Source: an uncultured virus (IMG/VR IMGVR_UViG_3300035436_000128) (taxonomy: Duplodnaviria > Heunggongvirae > Uroviricota > Caudoviricetes). From it: a stretch of DNA of 23,685 nt. Location: IMG/VR virus record IMGVR_UViG_3300035436_000128, positions 62,001 through 85,685 of that record; one strand, written 5' to 3'. The translations under genes and the position numbers were made by a program. The notes beneath the pieces are model-generated. The model was given only the letters and a program-made list of their open reading frames with translations. It had not been told where the DNA came from and searched no databases. Below are positions 15,483 through 23,685 of the stretch, in pieces. Position 1 is the stretch's first letter; the number at the start of each line of letters is the position of its first letter.

Positions 15483-16287
15483 AAAATCGAAAAGTAGTTT
15501 TCAAAAAGTGCCTTTTTCAGAACCCTATTTTTCGAAGCTCCCACCTTGACCTGCCTAGGTTTTTTATTCTTCTACCTGCCAAAAATGGCCGATTTTCACC
15601 GATTTTTGGCCTCCAAGTTTATAGAAGTAAGTTCCCCGATTATTGAAGGATTTCAACCACATAGTTTTCTTTTAAACTTTTTGGCCGAAATCCTCAAAAT
15701 CGGGGTTATCGAAAATAAAAAGCCACTGAGTAATGACGTTATTTCACAGCCTTTATCTTTTTAGAAGTATAAAAGACGAAAATCCTAACGTATTTCGCTC
15801 AGTGGACCCCTATTTTCGTACTTCTATAAATAAAAAACCTGAAAAAAAACGCTAGGGAAAAATTCGCATGAATTTGGACAAAAGCACATCTGCAGTCCCG
15901 ACCCTTGCCCCGCAAAACAGCACCAAAAACACCCCTCAAGCCTTGTTGTTCTATGGGTTTCGAAGGCTTTTACTAACACAAAAGCCACTGAGTCTAGCCG
16001 CACGACTTCTGTAAAATACGATAGGACTATATTACAGTGCTCAAAATCGGCTGTTTTTCAGCCGAAAACAGCCAAAAACAGCAGGCCACTGAGTTTGTAA
16101 AAATATGTTAGGTCGTGTTTGCGAAATTTTCCCTGCCACTTTTAACGAAAGTTCTACCTCTTAACTCAGTGGCCTGCGCTCCCACTTAGAGCCTGAAGGC
16201 TTTAGGGTACCCGAATCGGGTACCCTTAGAGGCTCTAGGATTTTGCTGTTTGATGGGTCCACAGACTCTAACGTATTTTGGTAGAAC

Positions 16288-16319
16288 TAACTGTGAGATT
16301 CACAGTTATAATGTACATC
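16288..16319 (+). promoter_or_regulatory. Putative promoter: TATAAT overlapped by the palindrome TAACTGTGA-GAT-TCACAGTTA
   Basis: TATAAT at 16307-16312; GTTATAATnTACATC recurs at 22994-23008; no consensus -35. Confidence 0.55.
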
Positions 16320-16343
16320 ACCAACACTATAGGAGTCGATATA

Positions 16344-17015
16344 ATGACCAATCTAGGAACCATAAACGAAGCCCAAGCTAGGGATTTCATAAAGCACCGA
16401 CCTGAAACCTTCCAGGTAGAAGGAGGCATCCCACTTGAGATAGACCTCCTAAAAATATGCAAACACTTGCATATACCTTATGGGAGGGCCTATCGGCCCC
16501 AGCCTGTCCAGATGATTCGAAGGGATTTCTTCGAGTATTACACCATCCTGCGGGACATTCAGAAAACCCCGTGGGAGATATTCGAACTCGACGGAGGTTG
16601 GACTGGCGTCAGCCCTGCAGGGGACGTTATCGTGAGGGAAGCATTAGACCAAGGGATATGGTCGGATTTGTGGAAGCGGTGGCCTGTGAAGGAGTTTTAC
16701 AAGCCCAGCTCCAAAATCGTACCACTCTATCGGTGGCCGGCCTTCTGCACCAAGGACCAGATAGAGGAGTTCTATCCGGACGTTGACTTTAAAGACGTCC
16801 AGAAGGCCCATCGAAAGATTGGAACCTTCAAGGCAGCCTGGACGGGGACGTCTACGTCTCACGCTCGGCCTAGCGTGTACCAGAAGGTTATCGTCCACCT
16901 TCTGCATCTTGGCGTCCACATGGAAAGACCTACCGTGATGGACGTCCATAACCTAGCCCTGAAGCATGGGGTGTACAAGGTATACCCCTACGCTGTAGGA
17001 CCTAAATTTAGATAA
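16344..17015 (+). CDS. Hypothetical protein
   Basis: 223 aa from the ATG after an AGGAG SD. Confidence 0.8.
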   Translation: MTNLGTINEAQARDFIKHRPETFQVEGGIPLEIDLLKICKHLHIPYGRAYRPQPVQMIRRDFFEYYTILRDIQKTPWEIFELDGGWTGVSPAGDVIVREALDQGIWSDLWKRWPVKEFYKPSSKIVPLYRWPAFCTKDQIEEFYPDVDFKDVQKAHRKIGTFKAAWTGTSTSHARPSVYQKVIVHLLHLGVHMERPTVMDVHNLALKHGVYKVYPYAVGPKFR

Positions 17016-17038
17016 CTGTGAAAAGTGGGAGAAACAAC

Positions 17039-17359
17039 ATGTCACTCAATATCGAAGTAGACGGCACCGTCTACAAACCCGTCTACAAACCCAGCTGTAT
17101 AGGTTGTGCTTTCGAGTACGACAACCCGAGATGCTCGAAATCCCAAGAGGTGGAAGAGTGCAGTCACCATATCTGGGTACCGAAAGACCACACCTACGTC
17201 TGTACCAGATATGGGTGGTATATCCACTCAGATAGTGGGGAGGTTCTCAGACATGCCTTGTCTGAGAAGTTTGGTCCCGCCCCAATTCATGTCGAAGGCC
17301 CTAATACTTATTGGTACTTGGATGGGTTTGATAACCCAGTTAGGGAGGATTCAGAATGA
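17039..17359 (+). CDS. Hypothetical protein, Cys-rich N-terminus
   Basis: GGAGAAACAACATG start; CIGC...C...C. Confidence 0.75.
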   Translation: MSLNIEVDGTVYKPVYKPSCIGCAFEYDNPRCSKSQEVEECSHHIWVPKDHTYVCTRYGWYIHSDSGEVLRHALSEKFGPAPIHVEGPNTYWYLDGFDNPVREDSE

Positions 17360-17706
17360 AAATCATTTTTGGGAACACAGCACCACCACTCACCCTAATG
17401 GACCTAAATCTTGACGGGTTCTTTTATAACTACCTGAAGAAAGCCAACGACGACATCGAGAAGGCCGTCGAGGAGGTATTAAAGGTATTCGGAAAGACCG
17501 AGACCAGCCTCTGGACCTGCAACCCTCTCATACCCAACTACCTGGATGACGATGTTGCCCGGGAGCTGATCTACATCTACATCGAAGGTCAGCTGATTAA
17601 GTTCGGGGATGATGAACACCTGTGCAAGAAGCTCCAGTTCATGGGGCCTGGAGAAGCCCTGGCCGATGATGGCCGGATATGGCCAAAGGGGGAGACAGCA
17701 GAATGA
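17356..17706 (+). CDS. Hypothetical protein
   Basis: 116 aa, GGAGG SD, ATGA overlap. Confidence 0.8.
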   Translation: MKIIFGNTAPPLTLMDLNLDGFFYNYLKKANDDIEKAVEEVLKVFGKTETSLWTCNPLIPNYLDDDVARELIYIYIEGQLIKFGDDEHLCKKLQFMGPGEALADDGRIWPKGETAE

Positions 17707-17894
17707 AACCGAAACAAAACTGGTTCCAGACACTTAATGCCTCCCTTGCATCTGAAGGGTTGGTGGACTTATGGCCTCTTGGCAGAAACATAGCCTATGG
17801 CGAGACTGCTAGAGTCACAACAGATGACAGACTTATCTCTGTCACAAGAGAAAACGATGGCCGTTATGAACGGCCAATTCATTACAAACTGTGA
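17703..17894 (+). CDS. Hypothetical protein
   Basis: ATGA overlap, GGAG SD; MKPKQNWFQTLN. Confidence 0.75.
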   Translation: MKPKQNWFQTLNASLASEGLVDLWPLGRNIAYGETARVTTDDRLISVTRENDGRYERPIHYKL

Positions 17895-17905
17895 GATTCA
17901 CAATT

Positions 17906-18103
17906 ATGAACAGTCTCAGAATCCGCCAAACCACTCTTGACATGATCCTTGACGCCCAAGGCTGGCACGTCAGTGGCAACATGATAATCGACAACAAAAA
18001 CCAGCGGGTCGGCACTATCGAAGGCACCGACCCTTACACATTAACAGTAAACAAAGATTACCTGTGCGTCATCCTTGCGGGTAAGAGAACGGAGGAAGTA
18101 TGA
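17906..18103 (+). CDS. Hypothetical protein
   Basis: Fills the gap in the array; the start may instead be GTG 17891. Confidence 0.65.
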   Translation: MNSLRIRQTTLDMILDAQGWHVSGNMIIDNKNQRVGTIEGTDPYTLTVNKDYLCVILAGKRTEEV

Positions 18104-18345
18104 GTATCGAAGACCTAGTAAAAAGAAAGTACCAACTTGAAAACCAAATCAAGCTCCTGACCTCAATGCTGGACGACAAGCGATACTGGGTGCTGACGGT
18201 GGGGAACACCCAGCACAATGATGTAAGGTCTTTTACTGAAGAAGCCGTCCAGGCACACTTGGACAAGCTTTCCACCGAACTTGACCAAACGGTAAGCCTT
18301 CTACAGAAGGCTTACCGTTATCTCGAAAACCAGGGGGACTTATGA
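18100..18345 (+). CDS. Hypothetical coiled-coil protein
   Basis: 81 aa, GGAGG SD, ATGA overlap. Confidence 0.75.
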   Translation: MSIEDLVKRKYQLENQIKLLTSMLDDKRYWVLTVGNTQHNDVRSFTEEAVQAHLDKLSTELDQTVSLLQKAYRYLENQGDL

Positions 18346-18560
18346 GCGAATCCAATTACGAATGGCTTTGCCGCAGGTTTAAACAGTCCTACCACGATGA
18401 CGCTGTAGACACACCCAGCATCGTCGCTGCAGGTATCGTCGGCCTTTCCAAAGGACGTCGAACCATTCAGTTCATCCTTACCTCACGGGATGAGTCGGAC
18501 ACCATCTTCGACCTGGACAAGGTCATTACGCAATACAGAAAGGGGAACCCACATGAATGA
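18342..18560 (+). CDS. Hypothetical protein
   Basis: 72 aa, ATGA overlap. Confidence 0.7.
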   Translation: MSESNYEWLCRRFKQSYHDDAVDTPSIVAAGIVGLSKGRRTIQFILTSRDESDTIFDLDKVITQYRKGNPHE

Positions 18561-18639
18561 AATCGACTATTCATCCTTACCCTACAGGATGAATCAGACA
18601 GCATCCTCGACCCGGATAGGGTCAGAAAGGAGAACCCTG

Positions 18640-19020
18640 ATGAATGAACTCATCCAAAAATTAAGAAGCTTTGCAGCTGGGGAAACCACGCCTGACTGGG
18701 AAGAGGATGGGTTGTGTTTCTTTCTCGAACATTTGAGTCCTAGCGGCTTTGTCCGCCTATTAAGAGAATCGTACCAAAGCTGGCCGCATTACAGCGGTAA
18801 CCATACCTACCCAGTACCCTCGCCTGAAGAGGCCTGGACACCGAAGGCCATGTACTGGGCAACCCATAACAAATGGGAAGGCGAGTATGGTGACCTTAGA
18901 CGTGACCTCTGTCGTCACTTTGCCGATTACTTGGAGAACCAACATGACCTGGAGAGCCTCAATGACCTGGAGAGCCAACATGACCTGGAGAACCAACATG
19001 ACCTGGATTACCCTCTGTAG
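18640..19020 (+). CDS. Hypothetical protein, paralog of 21516-21863
   Basis: AGGAG SD at ATG 18640 (alternative in-frame start 18553); shares WPHYSG..PVPS and YGDLRRDLCRHFADYLE. Confidence 0.8.
   Translation: MNELIQKLRSFAAGETTPDWEEDGLCFFLEHLSPSGFVRLLRESYQSWPHYSGNHTYPVPSPEEAWTPKAMYWATHNKWEGEYGDLRRDLCRHFADYLENQHDLESLNDLESQHDLENQHDLDYPL
18931..19002 (+). repeat. 18-bp tandem repeat x4, each unit containing GGAG-N7-ATG
   Basis: TTGGAGAACCAACATGAC / CTGGAGAGCCTCAATGAC / CTGGAGAGCCAACATGAC / CTGGAGAACCAACATGAC. Confidence 0.95.
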
Positions 19021-19210
19021 GAGAACCAACGACCCTAAACTCCGGGACATCGAACGGCAGTTGGACGAGATGGAAATACCACATCGAAGGCATGGGGAAT
19101 CATTCCATGCCCCAATCCTGCAGGTACCTGAGGAGTTGTACGATCTGGCTAACACCATCCTGACGCTTGAGTATGACGACATACCCGACGATGACCCGAG
19201 GTTCATATGA
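18998..19210 (+). CDS. Hypothetical protein (MTWITLCRRTNDPKL...)
   Basis: Starts at the last repeat unit; further in-frame ATGs at 18944, 18962 and 18980. Confidence 0.7.
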   Translation: MTWITLCRRTNDPKLRDIERQLDEMEIPHRRHGESFHAPILQVPEELYDLANTILTLEYDDIPDDDPRFI

Positions 19211-19253
19211 ACCATAAATAGCACCCAAAGTTATTCACGACCCGGAGGGGCTT

Positions 19254-19448
19254 ATGAGAAGCAGAAGACTAGACTTAATGATGGCCGAACTGGCTATAAC
19301 TGAAACCAACCACCCAACCGATAGGCTATCCCCGACTGCAACCAACCACGTTTACATAGTGGACGTGCCCGACATGCAGGAAACAGCTTTTCCACACAGG
19401 TTCAAATCCAAGTGTAAGAAACATCGCCGCGAGGCGAGGGGGTGGTGA
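19254..19448 (+). CDS. Hypothetical protein
   Basis: 64 aa, GGAGG SD. Confidence 0.65.
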   Translation: MRSRRLDLMMAELAITETNHPTDRLSPTATNHVYIVDVPDMQETAFPHRFKSKCKKHRREARGW

Positions 19449-19449
19449 T

Positions 19450-19881
19450 ATGTCTCTTGAGATAACACTCGACGGCAACGTCCTAACCGTGGTCGAGGTG
19501 ACCCATTCCTTCGTAGCAACAACCCGTACCTACTGGTACTACAACATATCCACCTGGATGAGTTCATCCACAGGTAAGAAGGACTCCCCAATCGATAGGC
19601 AAATGCGTCAGGAACAAATCGACTGGGTGGAAAAATACTACATCCCGAAAGTAAAACCCCTTGCCACATTGGTCGACCGAGTGAGAGTCGAAGTGACCCA
19701 GGGTTGTGGCGCGTACCCCAAAGGTTGCCAGTTTTATGCAGGAAAACATGACCTGTTCACCGACATGCGTCGGAGCGGCATCGACACCATACACCTTAGC
19801 GGCAGGCCTGACTTATCAGGCCTGCCGGAGGACCAACCCTTGCCCATCCACCCTGGGTATAAGGCTTTTATTTTAGGATAA
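19450..19881 (+). CDS. Hypothetical protein
   Basis: 143 aa, GGTG SD. Confidence 0.75.
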   Translation: MSLEITLDGNVLTVVEVTHSFVATTRTYWYYNISTWMSSSTGKKDSPIDRQMRQEQIDWVEKYYIPKVKPLATLVDRVRVEVTQGCGAYPKGCQFYAGKHDLFTDMRRSGIDTIHLSGRPDLSGLPEDQPLPIHPGYKAFILG

Positions 19882-19976
19882 CTGTGAATTTCACAGAAGT
19901 ACCCGGTTCGGGTACGACGTTAACAACACACAGAAGTACCCGATTCGGGTACTTCACAACTTTTAGGAGAAACAAC

Positions 19977-20453
19977 ATGAACACAATCAAAAACGAAGAA
20001 GCCCCTGCCTATGGCGCAGAGGACGAAGCCATCCTCAAACAAGCCAAAAACATTCTCCTTAAGAGAATGAAGAAGCGGGGGATCGCCATGACTGACCCGG
20101 GCATAGTCAAGGACTACCTGACGCTACAACTCCAAGAGCTGGAGCACGAGCAGTTCCATGTCCTATTCCTGGACAACCAACACAGGCTAATAGCCTGTGA
20201 AATGATGTTCAAAGGTACGATAGATGGGGCCAGTGTCTACCCCAGGGAGGTCATGAAACGAGCGTTGCATTGGAACGCAGCCGCTTTGATCCTTGCCCAT
20301 AACCATCCGAGTGGGCTACCTGACCCATCACAGGCCGACATAACTATCACCGGAAAGCTCAAGGACGCCATGGCTTTGATCGATGTCCGAATCCTTGACC
20401 ACTTCATCGTGGGCGACGTAGTGTCCGCATTTTCTGAAAGGGGGTTGATATGA
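19977..20453 (+). CDS. radC: RadC-like JAB-domain protein
   Basis: [45 protein letters not shown]. Confidence 0.95.
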   Translation: MNTIKNEEAPAYGAEDEAILKQAKNILLKRMKKRGIAMTDPGIVKDYLTLQLQELEHEQFHVLFLDNQHRLIACEMMFKGTIDGASVYPREVMKRALHWNAAALILAHNHPSGLPDPSQADITITGKLKDAMALIDVRILDHFIVGDVVSAFSERGLI

Positions 20454-20770
20454 GATACATAGTGACCCTGCATCAAATCATAACCTACCGCTGCTTAGTG
20501 GAAGTCGAGGCCTGCAACACTAAGGAGGCTTTTGAGAAAGCCGTGGCTACAAGCCCTAAGGATTGGCAAGTCCATACCCGATCAAAAATTACGTTGCCTG
20601 TGGATGTGGCAAATGGCATTGAACAAGTGCCCTACACCTTCGAGGACCCAAGCCCAAGGCACCCAGTTGAAGACTGGGTGCTTGAGGTACAAAACCGTGA
20701 CACCTGCCTTGGGTATCACGAATGGGTCGAACACAGAGAGGAGTCGTGCCGCTTTGATCCTTGCTCATAA
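20450..20770 (+). CDS. Hypothetical protein
   Basis: 106 aa, ATGA overlap with radC. Confidence 0.75.
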   Translation: MRYIVTLHQIITYRCLVEVEACNTKEAFEKAVATSPKDWQVHTRSKITLPVDVANGIEQVPYTFEDPSPRHPVEDWVLEVQNRDTCLGYHEWVEHREESCRFDPCS

Positions 20771-20785
20771 CCCTGGAGAAACAAC

Positions 20786-21133
20786 ATGAACACATTTAAC
20801 ACATTGAATATCGCAATCATCGGCGCTTTCATGATGGAAGGCATGCGAGACTTATCCTTGTCCCTACCTCCCATCCATTACGAAACGATACTGGATGCGT
20901 GGGACCAAGGGGCTTTAGAACTGGTTAGGGAGATGGTCTATTACGCTGAGTTTGTTGAGCAGCAGCACCAAGCACACGATGATGCCGACCCTGGGGCAGT
21001 GTTTGACTACGTCGTATCGAACCGATTTGGTATGTGGTTTGGTCGTCGTATAGCCGAGCACGATGCACCTACCGAGGACGAATGCAAAGCTGAAATCATA
21101 CGACTCGTGGGTGAATGGCTGGGGGAAATATGA
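20786..21133 (+). CDS. Hypothetical protein
   Basis: 115 aa, GGAGAAACAACATG start. Confidence 0.8.
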   Translation: MNTFNTLNIAIIGAFMMEGMRDLSLSLPPIHYETILDAWDQGALELVREMVYYAEFVEQQHQAHDDADPGAVFDYVVSNRFGMWFGRRIAEHDAPTEDECKAEIIRLVGEWLGEI

Positions 21134-21519
21134 ACCTAAAAGTTCTAAAGTTAGAATCCTGGATGCGCTTTGACCTAAGCTTCTACCCGGAGGAGTATAG
21201 CAACCTGGATCGTATCGAACCCATTGTTAATCGCCACGGGTACTACTGCTACAACGGTTACGTCTGGTTCGAATGTGGTAAGGGAACGTTCCATATCAAG
21301 GACGGGTTTGAGTCCTTTAATCTGTCCTTGAGTATGCTACAGCACAAGCACCTGAGAGAGGAAGAGGAGCAGGCAATTCTTCTGCTAAGACGGGCCAAAC
21401 TGTTACCAAAATCCTTGTTGGAAGTCCTGAAAATGGAGCACTTCCTAAAGGACATACGTGCCAATCGAACTGACATGGGAAAACGATTTATACACTTTAA
21501 AAGGAGCAATGGTATATGA
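21130..21519 (+). CDS. Hypothetical protein
   Basis: ATGA overlap; MNLKVLKLESW. Confidence 0.75.
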   Translation: MNLKVLKLESWMRFDLSFYPEEYSNLDRIEPIVNRHGYYCYNGYVWFECGKGTFHIKDGFESFNLSLSMLQHKHLREEEEQAILLLRRAKLLPKSLLEVLKMEHFLKDIRANRTDMGKRFIHFKRSNGI

Positions 21520-21863
21520 GCATAACTGAAGTCATCGAAAAACTGCGACTAATCGCAACCGACCCAGAGTACCCTATAAACTGTAGGGTTCATGGTCTTT
21601 GCAGCTTACTACAGGATATGGACCCAGTACACGACCTAGCCGGTATGCTCTACTTCTGCCTAGACACATGGCCCCACTACTCAGGCGACTACAACTTCCC
21701 TGTCCCTTCCCAGAGCGATCTGGACGCTGGCAGCTATTACCTGCGTTGTGACGACAAGTGGGAAGGCAACTATGGTGACCTGCGCCGCGACCTCTGTCGT
21801 CACTTTGCCGATTACCTGGAGAAGACCGAGGAGCTATTACCTGATAGTGAACAACCACTGTGA
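21516..21863 (+). CDS. Hypothetical protein, paralog of 18640-19020
   Basis: Shared motifs with that ORF; ATGA overlap. Confidence 0.8.
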   Translation: MSITEVIEKLRLIATDPEYPINCRVHGLCSLLQDMDPVHDLAGMLYFCLDTWPHYSGDYNFPVPSQSDLDAGSYYLRCDDKWEGNYGDLRRDLCRHFADYLEKTEELLPDSEQPL

Positions 21864-21888
21864 ATTTCACACTTCTTAGGAAAACAAC

Positions 21889-22215
21889 ATGAACGAAGAC
21901 CTAAAACAACCCGAGGGCCTTAGCCCTCTAGGCATTGCAGCCTATGACTGCATTATGAACTTCCTGGTCAAAAACAACCTGACCAACACCGGTGGGTGCC
22001 CTGCATTTAAGTCCCCACAGGAATGGCGGGACCGTGGGGAAGAATGCTGCCGGTATTCCCACCTTATCGTCGTCTATGACGGTGGTGACCTGCGCGAAGC
22101 TTTTATGGAAGACGAGTGCTATACAGTGACAGAGAAATTGGACCATGCCTTAGAGGGTCTGGGCCTTTACTTTGAACATGGTACCAATTGGTACGGAGGG
22201 ATTTATGAAATCTAA
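21889..22215 (+). CDS. Hypothetical protein
   Basis: 108 aa, AGGAAAACAACATG start. Confidence 0.8.
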   Translation: MNEDLKQPEGLSPLGIAAYDCIMNFLVKNNLTNTGGCPAFKSPQEWRDRGEECCRYSHLIVVYDGGDLREAFMEDECYTVTEKLDHALEGLGLYFEHGTNWYGGIYEI

Positions 22216-22348
22216 ATACTTTTGGGTTCGCTGGTACAGGCGATGGGCCTGCCGTCGAGCCTACAGCAAACTCAACCAAGAAGACCGCCAAATAGCTCAA
22301 TACCTTGGCATCGACCCCGACACGCTTATTCGAAGGGGCCTCCTATGA
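22205..22348 (+). CDS. Small basic hypothetical protein (47 aa, not in the ORF track)
   Basis: GGAGG SD; MKSKYFWVRWYRRW...LIRRGLL; ATGA overlap with the next gene. Confidence 0.6.
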   Translation: MKSKYFWVRWYRRWACRRAYSKLNQEDRQIAQYLGIDPDTLIRRGLL

Positions 22349-22857
22349 GAGAACTCCTCATAAAACTCAGAGCTTGCCAGGATGCCCTCGACTGGGTTGG
22401 TGACAAAACCCTGCAAGAGGCATGGGAAACCTGCCCCCGAGGGGACTGGATGCTGTGGTTGTATAGGCGGCTCTACCCGGATAACGTAAGGGAGCTGACG
22501 TTGGCAAAAGCGCATTGTGCCAAGACCGTCTGGCACCTGATGAAGGACGATCACAGCCGGAAAGCCGTGGACATGGCGATAGCGTATGGAGAAGGGAGGG
22601 CTACTTTAGAGGAGTTGAGTATACCGGCTTCCGAGGCCTACCTTGTCGCGCACTCTGCACATAAGCAGGTTAACAACCTCTACTTTGAAAGACCAGAAGC
22701 GGCTTTCGAGCTGTACCCTCATGCGGTTGCGGCCTCAGCTGCCTACGCTGCCGTAGAACCTACAGCCATGTCATCGGCTGCTGCAGCTTCTGCCATACCA
22801 CAGCATCAACAATTAACAGCCGATATTTGTCGGCAATATTTGAGGATAGACCTATGA
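22345..22857 (+). CDS. Phage hypothetical protein, Ala-rich helical
   Basis: MRELLIKLRACQDALDWV...AWETCPRGDWMLWL; true start likely 22345. Confidence 0.75.
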   Translation: MRELLIKLRACQDALDWVGDKTLQEAWETCPRGDWMLWLYRRLYPDNVRELTLAKAHCAKTVWHLMKDDHSRKAVDMAIAYGEGRATLEELSIPASEAYLVAHSAHKQVNNLYFERPEAAFELYPHAVAASAAYAAVEPTAMSSAAAASAIPQHQQLTADICRQYLRIDL

Positions 22858-23000
22858 TCTCCATTGCACTCCGCGTAGCCATCATTGTCTTGCTTGCCTT
22901 ATGGGTAGGCAAGCAAGCTAAGGAAGCCCTGCAGGTACCCGAATCGGGCACTTCGTCCGGTTTAAAAGTACTTCCTATTTATTCAGAAAGTAAGTTATAA
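22854..23000 (+). CDS. Small putative membrane protein (48 aa, not in the ORF track)
   Basis: GAGG SD, ATGA overlap, MISIALRVAIIVLLALWVG. Confidence 0.5.
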   Translation: MISIALRVAIIVLLALWVGKQAKEALQVPESGTSSGLKVLPIYSESKL

Positions 23001-23016
23001 TTTACATCGAGGTGAT

Positions 23017-23640
23017 GTGATGTACACAATCCCAGAAGAAATGCCAATCGAACAGCGCCGAACATTCCTGCATGACTGTGACAAGTTGGTCGGCATGTTC
23101 GGCGCCGAAAAGATCGATGAACTATTAATGACCTTTCCTTTGCAGAAGTTGCTGGAGGTCCGTCATGAGGAGGTGAACCACCGCAACCCCCAGCAGAGAC
23201 CCCGATCTGATGAAATATACCTGGGTACCGAACCCAATTACGTTACCAGCTACAGGATGATAGATGGCAAGGAGTACAGCCGCACAGACAGAGCCAATTG
23301 CCACCACTATCTTGCACCCAATAGAGTGCAACACTGCGACATGCCGACCCACATATTGAAGCCGGCCATGTTATGGCGCTGGCCGTGGCTGTCCGAGTTC
23401 AAACTGGCAGTCTACTCAAAACTCGACGAGTTCTATGTGGAAGTGGGAGTAGGCATCCTACAGAGCCTGTACGTTCCGTTTGAGGCCATGACAACAGGCC
23501 AATTCCACTTGGTGAGGGACAGAGTTGACACCTACTTCCGGTGGTACACCAAAGACAAAACTACCTGGGGGGATTTCAAAGACCTCCCAGAAACCGTGAA
23601 ATTTATGGAGGCATTTAATGCAAATCTTGGAACCCGGTGA
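23017..23640 (+). CDS. Hypothetical protein
   Basis: 207 aa, GAGGTG SD, downstream of a TATAAT. Confidence 0.8.
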   Translation: MMYTIPEEMPIEQRRTFLHDCDKLVGMFGAEKIDELLMTFPLQKLLEVRHEEVNHRNPQQRPRSDEIYLGTEPNYVTSYRMIDGKEYSRTDRANCHHYLAPNRVQHCDMPTHILKPAMLWRWPWLSEFKLAVYSKLDEFYVEVGVGILQSLYVPFEAMTTGQFHLVRDRVDTYFRWYTKDKTTWGDFKDLPETVKFMEAFNANLGTR

Positions 23641-23685
23641 ATACCGGACCCGTGACGGTCGCACTGTGACCGTCTCTGAAGTAAA

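Larger units (their letters stand above)
15173..16343. other. Long non-coding A/T-tract and repeat-rich region, candidate replication origin/control region
   Basis: No credible ORF; 22-bp inverted repeat, AGGGATATATTACA x3, GCCACTGAGT x4, many A/T runs. Confidence 0.5.

Noticed and set aside
15546..15764. 72-aa ORF in the non-coding region
   Set aside because: TTG start, no SD, low-complexity F/K/L content arising from A/T tracts.
17963..17978. TGGCACGTCAGTGGCA, a second sigma54-like GG-N10-GC
   Set aside because: Lies inside a coding region with no nearby IHF or NtrC-type site; plausible by chance.
18640..21863. Paralog patch as a DGR template/variable repeat pair
   Set aside because: Differences are not adenine-specific, both copies are coding, and no reverse transcriptase is in the window.

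Overview
Fragment of a tailed dsDNA phage, probably of a proteobacterial host (IHF, sigma54 and NtrC-type sites are present). Left part (1-9569, - strand) is a late/structural operon: portal, S49 protease/scaffold, head decoration protein, major capsid protein, TraR/DksA-type Zn finger, GH24 endolysin, several small genes, and a >660-aa LamG-like plus 22-aa-repeat fibre protein that runs off the window and is missing from the ORF track. The terminase genes (putative terS, lambda gpA-type terL) are transcribed divergently on the + strand. After terL lies a non-coding region with three NtrC-type palindromes, two consensus IHF sites and a sigma54 -24/-12 promoter in textbook geometry, upstream of the first early-type gene. 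That gene is followed by about 500 nt of densely structured non-coding sequence ending in an intrinsic terminator (candidate ncRNA). Further right are a 1.17-kb repeat-rich non-coding region (candidate origin) and an array of small + strand genes, including radC and a paralog pair, linked by recurring palindromes and a conserved translation-start cassette. All calls come from reading the sequence; no searches were run.
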